From positions 1 through 51,095 of the IMG/VR virus record IMGVR_UViG_3300040801_001309: 51,095 nucleotides of DNA; one strand, 5' to 3'. The translations under genes and the position numbers were made by a program. Source of the stretch: a virus. This document shows, one piece after another, positions 16,978-24,864 of this stretch (positions are counted from its first letter, which is position 1; the number at the start of each line of letters is the position of its first letter). The notes beneath the pieces were generated by a model, which saw only the letters and a list, made by a program, of their open reading frames with translations, made no database searches and had not been told where the DNA came from.

Positions 16978-17255
16978 TTATACATCCTCCTTTATTGTGT
17001 TTTTCCATAGCTTCCATTCTTCTTTTGTTATTTTATATTTATTATAAATATCTTTTGGAATACATGATTCGTCAATATATTCTGGATCAAACTCATAATC
17101 TTTTCCAAGAGTTTCTTTAGCCATAATATATCTATTTCCAATTTGAACACATCCAATACATGCACATTGACCATATTCTCCACCACACACCATCTGGTTC
17201 GCCAACTTTCCGGAATTGTTTCTATTATTGCATTAATTTCTTCTATAGTTTTCAT
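16978..17255 (-). CDS. Small Cys-rich hypothetical gene; two overlapping frames
   Basis: The frame starting at 17255 has the RBS (GGAGAGCACT-ATG) and a plausible N-terminus. The frame ending at 16978 has the plausible C-terminus (CGGEYGQCACIGC...KEEWKLWKNTIKEDV). Confidence 0.4.
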
Positions 17256-17267
17256 AGTGCTCTCCGT

Positions 17268-17310
17268 ATTTCTATATTGTGTTGTTAATTGTTAAATTCC
17301 GCCGCAATAA
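17268..17310 (-). promoter_or_regulatory. TTATTGCGGCGGAA-N21-ATATAGAAAT promoter-like element
   Basis: Both boxes are intergenic and lie upstream of the 17255 start. Confidence 0.5.
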
Positions 17311-17353
17311 ACCGTTAAAAAAAGTCCACGGATTCCCTCCGTGGAAATATGTA

Positions 17354-18955
17354 TTAAATTTCATTATAAATTCGTTCTTTTAAAGCATCATAATTATATA
17401 GTATATCAGACGCATATCTCAACATTTTACCGTTGGTATCATTCAATCTGAATAATTCATCATCACCTTCGAATAAACTACTTCCAGATAACGGTGGATT
17501 TGTATTAATTAAAATAGTTCTTCCATCAACTCCTAATTTCTTAATTGATAGTTTATAATCATTTATATCCGGTCCAGAATTATGATGTTCATCTGTAATA
17601 AATATTACAGCATTTGTATCAAATCCTTTCTCTCTACTATCTTCAATAGCAAATTCAAGACCACCAATACAATCTGTTGCGCTAACTCCATATTTATCTT
17701 TAATATATGGATGTAGTTCACTAATAAATTTATTTACAAATTCATTAGGAGCTAACTCAATATATTGTGAAAACCATTCAGTTTCATCTCCTTTTACATG
17801 AGTATCACCAAAAATGTAAAATTTAGAATTATAAAATATATTTTTCATTAATGCTAAATATTTAACAGATTTCAAAAGATTATCACTAAACATTGATCCA
17901 CTAACATCAAATACAATTACAGGATTAACCCAAGATTCAAAGTTGAATAAACAGTGATCTTTGAGAATATTGTCAATTGCATCTAATATAGCTGGATGGA
18001 TATATGGATAACCCATTGCACCACTGTAATAGTTATAGTGAGCAGGAACCATAATAAGTTCCATTGGATCTATCATTCTGTCATTGCCACTTGTAAATAC
18101 ACTTCTTAATCTATTTTCAAGTTTTGTTGCATCTTCACCATTGAGTTTTGTAAGATTTGCCAGTAACTCTTTAATAGCAATTTTGTCAATATTTATACTT
18201 ATAAACTCTTTAGCAGCAGATGTTGATACATTTGTATCTGACAAGACTGCTCTTAGGCTTTCGCCTTTAGTAACCTTACCAGTTTCTTCATCAACTTCAA
18301 CTTTGAGTGCTGCACCACTATTATTCTTAATAATAGACAAGTACAGATCAGACATTTTATCGTCTACTGGTTTAGGTTGAAATCCATGAATCAAGTTTAC
18401 AAGTTTGATCCATTTTTTCTTCATCTTTCTATTTTTCAAAGTATGTTCTTTGAAAGACATAAGACTATCCCGCATAGCATTGTATGCCCACTGTGGAAGC
18501 ATTCTTTTTGCCCAACCAGTTTTCCATCTTTCATTGTGTAGATCAAATTCCGGATGAAGATTATGATAATAACAAATAGCATTTGTTATGAAGTCCGGTC
18601 TTGTAAAAATGTTTCTAATCAATTTAGATAGGACTTTTTGATCACCATTATCAATGGCTCTTGTAATAGCAACAGTTGGCCCAAGACGCATACCGATTGT
18701 CATTGCAACAAAATTGATCATACCATAAAAATATTTTGGATCATTTCTATGAACCAAGTCAATAAGACGCTCAATATTCTGTAACTTATCAGTGTCGCTG
18801 TAATAAAAGTTTCTCTCTGTATCCAGTAATTTTGCCTGGTTTAGATTGCTTTTTCTTGGTCTGAAACTCAAAAGACTAACTATTAACTGTTTGTCTTCAG
18901 GCATTTTAATATCAGTTGTTGCTGTTGTTACACGATTTGCTTTAGGATTAAACAT
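17354..18955 (-). CDS. rsr: Ro60-like protein (TROVE domain plus vWA domain)
   Basis: 533 aa. TROVE-like segments are IFTRPDFITNAICYY and KKWIKLVNLIHGFQPKP (compare Ro ..HPKP). The C-terminal vWA domain has the MIDAS motif VIVFDVSGSM at about residue 350, matching Ro60 architecture. Confidence 0.75.
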   Translation of the reverse strand: MFNPKANRVTTATTDIKMPEDKQLIVSLLSFRPRKSNLNQAKLLDTERNFYYSDTDKLQNIERLIDLVHRNDPKYFYGMINFVAMTIGMRLGPTVAITRAIDNGDQKVLSKLIRNIFTRPDFITNAICYYHNLHPEFDLHNERWKTGWAKRMLPQWAYNAMRDSLMSFKEHTLKNRKMKKKWIKLVNLIHGFQPKPVDDKMSDLYLSIIKNNSGAALKVEVDEETGKVTKGESLRAVLSDTNVSTSAAKEFISINIDKIAIKELLANLTKLNGEDATKLENRLRSVFTSGNDRMIDPMELIMVPAHYNYYSGAMGYPYIHPAILDAIDNILKDHCLFNFESWVNPVIVFDVSGSMFSDNLLKSVKYLALMKNIFYNSKFYIFGDTHVKGDETEWFSQYIELAPNEFVNKFISELHPYIKDKYGVSATDCIGGLEFAIEDSREKGFDTNAVIFITDEHHNSGPDINDYKLSIKKLGVDGRTILINTNPPLSGSSLFEGDDELFRLNDTNGKMLRYASDILYNYDALKERIYNEI

Positions 18956-20018
18956 TGGTATTCTCCTTTGATTTTATCACAACCTGTTTATATAATCTTC
19001 GTTTTTGATGGAATGATAGACTATCCCACTTACTAACAACAAAATTAGAGTAATTACTATTTTCACAAAGATGGTTTCTTTCTTCTTTTGATAAATCGTC
19101 CCATTTGTCAATAATATCATCATTATATTTGTTATATTCACAAAAGTATATTTTTTGTCGAAATGTTAATTCATCCCACTTACTTACGATAAAGTCTGTA
19201 TAATTGATATTAGAGCAAAGAGATTCCTTTTGCCCCTTTGATAATATATTCCATTGTTCAGCAATAAACTCACTATATTTAACATTGGCACATGCTTTAT
19301 TTTTTTGGAATGTGTCCAGTTTATCCCACATTCCAATAATAAAATCACTATATGCATTATTATAGCACAGATTTGTTTTTTGTGTTACTGATAATGCATC
19401 CCATTTATCGACAATTGATTGAATATAATCACTAACGTAACATAAAATTTCTTTTTGTCTATCTGTTAGTTCATCCCACTTAGTTGCAAGAAATTCACAA
19501 TACTCTTTATTACAACTTAAGTTGTTTCGTTGCATATTTGATAGGTTGTCCCAATCATTAACAATGATATCGTTATATGAACTATCGTAACATAAAATTT
19601 CTTTTTGTCTATTTGATAGTTCATTCCATTTTTCAACAATAATTTCATGACATATATCATGCGTATTTTTGATTTCATCCCAACGGTCAAGTATTAATCT
19701 ACTATCAATTTGTTCGTCTGTAAGATAAAATCGTTTACATCTGAATTTTGATTCGCCAGGTATAATTGTTATATAATTATTTTCTATTGGAACATAGCAT
19801 TTGTACACAGGTCCATTCATGAATAACAATGCTGAAAGTGGATTGTCAAATAAATTTAAACCATATGAACATAATTTATTTATATTGGTATCAACAACAA
19901 GTGATTCATACCAATGATTAGTATCATATGTAAAATTATCTTTAACGTTTCGCATATCTTTTCTAAAGACTTTATATGCAATGTAGCACTGTGTATTTTG
20001 AAATAATATCGTTTCCAT
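18948..20018 (-). CDS. Tandem 25-aa repeat protein
   Basis: The start is moved to the ATG preceded by GAAAGGAATAAACTT. The C-terminal two thirds consist of WDxLSxxQKxxLCxNxxYxxFIVxK repeats. Confidence 0.6.
   Translation of the reverse strand: METILFQNTQCYIAYKVFRKDMRNVKDNFTYDTNHWYESLVVDTNINKLCSYGLNLFDNPLSALLFMNGPVYKCYVPIENNYITIIPGESKFRCKRFYLTDEQIDSRLILDRWDEIKNTHDICHEIIVEKWNELSNRQKEILCYDSSYNDIIVNDWDNLSNMQRNNLSCNKEYCEFLATKWDELTDRQKEILCYVSDYIQSIVDKWDALSVTQKTNLCYNNAYSDFIIGMWDKLDTFQKNKACANVKYSEFIAEQWNILSKGQKESLCSNINYTDFIVSKWDELTFRQKIYFCEYNKYNDDIIDKWDDLSKEERNHLCENSNYSNFVVSKWDSLSFHQKRRLYKQVVIKSKENTNV
18990..19682 (-). repeat. About nine in-frame 75-bp tandem coding repeats
   Basis: Trp residues recur every 25 aa, at ORF residues 157, 182, 207, 232, 257, 282, 307, 332 and 357. 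Confidence 0.8.
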
Positions 20019-20312
20019 AAGTTTATTCCTTTCACATGTGGGATAGCAGTGAACTGATATCCCATTGAAAATATTATTTGAATGTTTCGAATTCACTGTC
20101 CCAATACGTTACTGCATATTCGCACATGGCTATTAGATATACAGGGAATACAACGTAGAATCCTGCTGTGTTGATTACTTTGAGAAATAAGTCAACACCT
20201 TTTGTATTGGACATGTCTTTTATTTCAATGATCCATTTCTTCGCAAACATATATCCAATAAGGACATATCAGAATGTTGCAAATACGCCCAAAATCATCA
20301 GTATTAGTTGTA

Positions 20313-20645
20313 TCATTCCGATTTTCCTTTCTTCTGTGTTTTGCCCTTTTTGAACTTGGGCTTTGATTTGTTTTCAACATGGTTGTCATCTTTAACAGGG
20401 ACATCTTCTTTCTTTTTTGCAACAATATCCCATCTCTGAGCATCGGCCAAAATTGCTTTGTCAGATGATCGGACATATCTTTTTAGCCCATTGGGATGAT
20501 TCTTCCCATTTGTCACTGTGTATGGGCCGTCACCAGTGTGATGATGCTCAAACCATTTTTTCGCAACTTTCGCAGACTCCCGTGATGGGAATCCGTCTGT
20601 GACAATCTTTCCTGTTCCGTCCGCTACAGCGTATGCTCCTGCCAT
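20313..20645 (-). CDS. Hypothetical protein with Lys-rich tail (110 aa), GC-elevated
   Basis: RBS GAAAGGAGAGAAACT-ATG, with an ATATAGAAAT box upstream. Confidence 0.6.
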   Translation of the reverse strand: MAGAYAVADGTGKIVTDGFPSRESAKVAKKWFEHHHTGDGPYTVTNGKNHPNGLKRYVRSSDKAILADAQRWDIVAKKKEDVPVKDDNHVENKSKPKFKKGKTQKKGKSE

Positions 20646-20701
20646 AGTTTCTCTCCTTTCATGGTTGTTTAAATAAAAAGTTATACTACACTGATTTGTT
20701 C

Positions 20702-20711
20702 ATTTCTATAT
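20702..20711 (-). promoter_or_regulatory. ATATAGAAAT promoter-like box
   Basis: Minus-sense GGCATATATAGAAATGAAC lies upstream of 20645. Confidence 0.45.
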
Positions 20712-20740
20712 ATGCCTATTGAAAACTAAAAATTTGTGTC

Positions 20741-20775
20741 AATAAAAAAATTGTAGTTATGATATTCATAACTAC
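20741..20775 (-). terminator. Terminator at the downstream end of the tRNA cluster
   Basis: GTAGTTATGA-ATA-TCATAACTAC hairpin followed by AATTTTTTTATT. Confidence 0.65.
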
Positions 20776-20836
20776 ATGTGTATCGTTGGAAGCCTTTAAT
20801 ATATAAGGCTTTCTATTTTGTCGATATTGTTTAAAG

Positions 20837-20908
20837 CTGGGACGGAGGGCCATGATCCCCCATGACAAGATTCAAAATCTTGCATCCTACCAATTGGATG
20901 ACATCCCA
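20837..20908 (-). tRNA. tRNA-Gln(TTG): tRNA-Gln (anticodon TTG)
   Basis: Manual cloverleaf. Acceptor is TGGGATG/CGTCCCA and the anticodon arm is CAAGA-TTTTGAA-TCTTG. The T-loop ATCATGG is non-canonical. Confidence 0.7.
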
Positions 20909-20912
20909 ATGA

Positions 20913-20984
20913 TTGGACGTGTGAGGATCAAACTCACGTAATCACGATTAAAAGTCGTGTGCCTAGTCACTCGGCCAACGTCCA
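20913..20984 (-). tRNA. tRNA-Lys(TTT): tRNA-Lys (anticodon TTT)
   Basis: Acceptor TGGACGT/ACGTCCA. Anticodon arm CACGA-CTTTTAA-TCGTG. T-arm GTGAG-TTTGATC-CTCAC. Confidence 0.7.
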
Positions 20985-21116
20985 AGAATAACCCACTTGA
21001 TTTGTGCTTCTGATAGAGAGGCATAGCAGGTATTGTTCAGCAACTATTACTAGATGCTATTTAAAGCCTCGATGGTTTAATTTATTGTTAAACCCTTGTC
21101 GATATACAATAATGTT

Positions 21117-21782
21117 TTATATTGAAATATGTTTCCACTTTTCACCGCTTTTAATACTTTTAATAATATATTTTGAAACATTAAGAGTTTTTTCTATGTA
21201 CCAACTTTTAACTCCTTGGGAAATCATTTTTTTAATTTGTTTTGCGACATCTTCTGTTATAATGGCGTTGCCATGTTTTTCACCAAAACAATGTAAATTA
21301 GTTTTAACAGCATGATCAATATTTGCTCTATGTGTTACAAGTTCTAAATTGTCAGGTTTATTATTTTGTTTATTTCCATCAATGTGATTGATCTCTAAAT
21401 TTTGATCTAATTGCCCTTTAAATTTTCGATATATTATTCTATGAACTTTCAAAAGTTTATTTTTATATCGTTGAACATGATATCGATTATCGTTTAATCT
21501 ATCACTTCTTCGCCAAGGATATGTTTTTCCATTAGCTGGAAATCCACTAAGGGGAACATTTGTCAAGATAGTTCCATCTTCCCGAATATCATATTGTGGG
21601 TCTGTAATGAGTTGTTCAATTAAATAATCATGCGAACCAGTATTTTTATTATTGCACCAATAATGTGCTGTACTTTTTGTTACTCTAAATTTATTAGCAA
21701 TCTGCTGATATGACCATCCCTGATTTCTTAATTCTCTTGCTTCTTCTTTTATTTCTTCTGAATATCTGTTACCTGTTGACAT
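21117..21782 (-). CDS. HNH homing endonuclease (paralogue 1)
   Basis: N-terminal HTH is WSYQQIANKFRVTKSTAHYW. The HNH core is EINHIDGNKQNNKPDNLELVTHRANIDHA. Confidence 0.8.
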   Translation of the reverse strand: MSTGNRYSEEIKEEARELRNQGWSYQQIANKFRVTKSTAHYWCNNKNTGSHDYLIEQLITDPQYDIREDGTILTNVPLSGFPANGKTYPWRRSDRLNDNRYHVQRYKNKLLKVHRIIYRKFKGQLDQNLEINHIDGNKQNNKPDNLELVTHRANIDHAVKTNLHCFGEKHGNAIITEDVAKQIKKMISQGVKSWYIEKTLNVSKYIIKSIKSGEKWKHISI

Positions 21783-21789
21783 TTATTTC

Positions 21790-22389
21790 ATAGTTTCTCC
21801 TTTATAATGATTTTGAAGTCTAGAACTTTCACTTCTATCCACTGCTTAATCCATTAAGCTACATCGAGAAAAATTGTTGTCACTGTCCAGATACAGATTT
21901 AAGAGCAAACGCTCACCACAATCTTTATACATTAAGTGTATCAATAACTTAACAAAGTGGCCGCACTCTCCCCTATCTGGTGGGATTTGATTGTCTTTCG
22001 CTTCCACAGTGACTAGTAATCTAATCTTTGTGATATCCCAAAGAACCTATTGACATAACGTCGTAATGTAAACTCCACTAATAGGTCAGTGGCATGGTAC
22101 TTTCGCCGGATTACTATTTTCGACGACATACAGGACATATCATAAATGATATCGGCATATGGCATCTAAAGGGTGACTTACGGGTAACGAGCCCGTGCAT
22201 ACAAGAGCCACAATCTTGCGTGTTTCCACTTCACCAAAGTCACCATAAAATAGTCCAGAGCATTTTACGCGCGCTTCATGCTCTGTTGTCACACTAATTA
22301 ATACCATATGGTAGCTACTTCCACTGGGTTATTAATTCCCATAAACGCTTGTACGGTCCATATAGGTTATCGTAAGTGTTAGACTAAAG
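21790..22389 (-). ncRNA. Group I-like ribozyme region A, upstream of HNH paralogue 1
   Basis: About 600 nt, non-coding, GC-elevated and rich in GNRA hairpins. R-like CTCTGGACTATTT is at 22243-22261. The P8 hairpin CTTTG..CAAAG is at 22026-22043. S-like GATTACTAGTCAC is at 22007-22021. Together they give a P7 with a bulge. Confidence 0.5.
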
Positions 22390-22462
22390 TACCGAGAACT
22401 AGGATTGAACTAGTGACTTCACGATTATCAGTCGTGCCTTCTACCAACTGAAGTATCCCGGT
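22390..22462 (-). tRNA. tRNA-Ile(GAT): tRNA-Ile (anticodon GAT)
   Basis: Canonical 73-nt cloverleaf: ACCGGGA/TCTCGGT, CACGA-CTGATAA-TCGTG, ACTAG-TTCAATC-CTAGT. Confidence 0.85.
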
Positions 22463-22790
22463 AAGATATTTTAGCTCCTAATTTATCAAAGCTGTCAACA
22501 ATAGATTCTGTTTCTTCTTTTGTAAATGCACCTAATGATATAGGAATGTTATTAACTATATTTCTTGCATCCCTTAAATTTAATCCTGTAATCTTACCAA
22601 CTTTTTGAATTGTTTGCAGTTTATTATCACCAATAGATGATAATATTAACTCAAATTCAATTCGTTCTTCTGCGTAATCACCATGCCCTGGAATAACAGT
22701 AATAGGTATATTTAACGTAGTTGATAAGTCTTCCAATAGTTTCCCTTCGGATAATGTTTTAATATAATTAATTACGTCGTCATTAGTCAT
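22428..22790 (-). CDS. rplL: Ribosomal protein bL12 (L7/L12) homologue
   Basis: The C-terminal domain EERIEFELILSSIGDNKLQTIQKVGKITGLNLRDARNIVNNIPISLGAFTKEETESIVDSFDKLGAKI aligns by eye with bacterial L7/L12 (TEFDVIL..G.NKV.VIK.VR..TGLGLKEAKDLVE..P..LKEGVSK.DAE.LKK.LEEAGA). The NTD pattern is also similar. The last 12 codons overlap tRNA-Ile. Confidence 0.75.
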   Translation of the reverse strand: MTNDDVINYIKTLSEGKLLEDLSTTLNIPITVIPGHGDYAEERIEFELILSSIGDNKLQTIQKVGKITGLNLRDARNIVNNIPISLGAFTKEETESIVDSFDKLGAKISYRDTSVGRRHD

Positions 22791-22814
22791 TTCAATTTCT
22801 TTTGTAATATGATA

Positions 22815-22905
22815 TGGAGGAGAGTTCCGGGTATGATCCGGAAAGTGCTATTAACACTACTGGTTTTCAAGACCAGCGCAATTATTCCATTTCTGCCAAC
22901 TCTCC
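22815..22905 (-). tRNA. tRNA-Ser(TGA): tRNA-Ser (anticodon TGA), CCA encoded
   Basis: Type II tRNA. Acceptor is GGAGAGT/ACTCTCC and the anticodon arm is CTGGT-CTTGAAA-ACCAG. It has a long variable arm. The 3' end reads TCCA. Confidence 0.8.
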
Positions 22906-22913
22906 ATTTAAAT

Positions 22914-23567
22914 TTATACTTTAACGTGTTTCCAAGAACGTCCTAAGCAAACATTGCTAACAATATCTCTATTAATTCCAAGGATTCTTGATATATCGCT
23001 TTTAGTTTTATTATCGTCAATAAACATTTTTATGATAGTAACAACGTCAGTTTCATTAATAACAGTTTTGAGCAATCCTAATTTTTTAGCGTGCTCTATA
23101 TTTTCTTGTTGTGTTACAAGTTCTAAATTTTCAGGAGTATTATTCTGTTTATCACAATCAATATGATTGATCTCTAAATTAGAATTAAGTTGTCCTTTAA
23201 ATTTTCGATATATAATTCTGTGAACTCTTATGTCTTTTCCACTATATTTGACTGCTTTATAACCATAATCAATATTTTTATCACATCGTCGCCAAGTGTC
23301 TGTAACAAGTTTACCAGTCTTATCTTTCAGAGTCCAAATAGTTCCGTCTTCACGAATATCATATAGTGGATCAATAATAATTTGTTCAATAAGATGGTCT
23401 AATTGTGCTTTATTATCTGATGTATAATTAATATTGTTACACCAGTAATGTGCTGTACTTTTTGTAATTCCATATTTATCAGCAATTTGCTTATATGACT
23501 AACCCTGATTTCTTAATTCTCTTGCTTCTTCTTTTATTTCTTCTGAGTATCTATTACCTGTTGACAT
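22914..23567 (-). pseudogene. HNH homing endonuclease paralogue 2 with one in-frame TAG
   Basis: Full-length reading frame (MSTGNRYSEEIKEEARELRNQG*SYKQIADKYG...EINHIDCDKQNNTPENLELV...). Codon 23 is TAG where both paralogues have TGG (Trp). Confidence 0.75.
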
Positions 23568-23579
23568 TTATACATAGTT

Positions 23580-24107
23580 TCTCCTTATAATTTTTGATAA
23601 AGTGCCAGCTCCGAGATACGAGCTCGGACGGCTCTAAGCCACATGCTTCTAGGGCATGCATGTCTACATTCCATCAAGCTGGCATGGTGACACTGGTGGG
23701 ACACGACCCCACAATCCCTTTCGGGCGCAAGATTTTCTTACCACTACAGTTTTCACTGCCACATAAATGTGTTTGTGGTCTGGACTATATCATCATCTCA
23801 GAATCTGAGATGTTCGGCGCTGTTAATGCTATTATTGGTAACTCTCCTCAAGCAATAGTCTCTGCACCTTCTACGATACTTATTGAGTATTCTCGTAGCT
23901 TGGCTCATGATTACCAGTTAAGGCTTCCATGAATTCACCGAATTCTATCATAGTATCACTACTATGTAGCTCAATAATCAAGTCTTGAGCGTATACATTC
24001 CGCCACAGTGTCATAATAATCTTTTTTTCTATTTAGGGAGTACCAACACGGCTTTCGCCGATGCTTTTGAGACATCTGTGTAACACCATACTCCCTTAAT
24101 GTTGAAT
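23580..24107 (-). ncRNA. Group I-like ribozyme region B, upstream of HNH paralogue 2
   Basis: R element GGTGCAGAGACTATTGC is at 23852-23868. The P8 hairpin CATCTCAG-ATT-CTGAGATG is at 23794-23812. S element GATGATATAGTCC is at 23782-23794, close to the classical AAGAUAUAGUCC. GNRA hairpins include CGGC-GAAA-GCCG and CAGT-GAAA-ACTG. Confidence 0.65.
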
Positions 24108-24179
24108 CGGAGTCGACGGGCCTTGAACCCGCAACATCTGGATCGACAGTCCAGCACCTCTTCCTTGGGTCACGACTCC
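24108..24179 (-). tRNA. tRNA-Asp(GTC): tRNA-Asp (anticodon GTC)
   Basis: Acceptor GGAGTCG/CGACTCC. Anticodon arm CTGGA-CTGTCGA-TCCAG. T-arm GCGGG-TTCAAGG-CCCGT. Confidence 0.8.
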
Positions 24180-24305
24180 AAAATAATATCATATTAGTTT
24201 TTATTCCAGCGTCATAGCATGACTAGACTACCCACTCGTGGGACAGGATTTTAAACACCTGTGTTTCTGGATTGGGATATTTTTTTTGCATATGTAAACT
24301 AATAT
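24180..24305 (-). promoter_or_regulatory. Stem-loop unit U1 (ATATTAG-TTTACATATG-91 nt-CTAATAT-GATATTATTTTG)
   Basis: Perfect 7-bp arms, the conserved box after the 5' arm, and a GATATT..TTTTG flank abutting tRNA-Asp. The loop folds into a three-hairpin junction. Confidence 0.55.
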
Positions 24306-24385
24306 TTTTTTAACTATATGCTGGAAAAATCAACTGTCGTGGATGTCACACAGTCTCGTACTTCAATTGATACATATAGTTGAAG

Positions 24386-24459
24386 TTATCGTGGGTAGGA
24401 TTGAACTACCGACAACGGCCTTATAAGGACCGCGCTCTAACCAACTGAGCTACACGATA
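24386..24459 (-). tRNA. tRNA-Ile(TAT): tRNA-Ile (anticodon TAT)
   Basis: Acceptor TATCGTG/CACGATA. D-arm GCTC-AGTTGGTTA-GAGC. Anticodon arm CGGTC-CTTATAA-GGCCG. T-arm GGTAG-TTCAATC-CTACC. Confidence 0.8.
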
Positions 24460-24466
24460 TTATATA

Positions 24467-24552
24467 AGGTAGGTATGAGACTTGAACTCATAGATGCTAT
24501 TAACACCGACTCCTTAGCAGGGAGCTGCACTACCAAATTATGCGAACCTACC
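24467..24552 (-). tRNA. tRNA-Ser(GCT): tRNA-Ser (anticodon GCT)
   Basis: Type II tRNA. Acceptor GGTAGGT/ACCTACC, anticodon arm GCTCC-CTGCTAA-GGAGT, a long variable arm, and T-loop TTCAAGT. Confidence 0.8.
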
Positions 24553-24745
24553 AATTATGGATCAGGAATTTGTTTGTCCTCTGAATGTTACATCATGACC
24601 ATCTTTATCTACAGCTAATACAATGACCGCAACCAGTTATAGTTGCTTCTTTTTGTTTATTATATCTATTTCTAACAACATCACCAACGTTTAATTGTTG
24701 TTGATTATCTGACCATACCATAAGTATTTCCTTTCATATTTAAAG

Positions 24746-24819
24746 AGCCCTTGGAGGAAACTGAGTCCCCGACCTACGGTTTACAAGACCGTCGCTACTG
24801 CCAACTGAGCTACAAGGGC
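24746..24819 (-). tRNA. tRNA-Thr(TGT): tRNA-Thr (anticodon TGT)
   Basis: Acceptor GCCCTTG/CAAGGGC and anticodon arm ACGGT-CTTGTAA-ACCGT. The T-loop CTCAGTT is non-canonical. Confidence 0.75.
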
Positions 24820-24864
24820 ATAATATAGATAACTACAGTTATCTATTGTATCATGAAAAATGTT

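Noticed and set aside
20074-20214. A 46-aa hydrophobic minus-strand ORF (MSNTKGVDLFLKVINTAGFYVV...) between 20313..20645 and the repeat-protein gene. A similar 27-aa ORF lies at about 13960-14045, and a 37-aa ORF at about 24610-24720.
   Set aside because: They are too short to support from sequence alone. Some have AGGA-type RBSs, but there is no further evidence, so they are left unannotated.
23580-24107. RNase P RNA. Segments such as GTGAAAACTGTAGTGGTAAGA and AGAAGCATGTGGCTTAGAG resemble the J11/12-P12 and P4 3'-strand regions.
   Set aside because: The universally conserved GAGGAAAGUCC (CR-I/P4 5' strand) is absent, and no convincing P4 pairing could be built. The R/P8/S arrangement fits a group I core much better.
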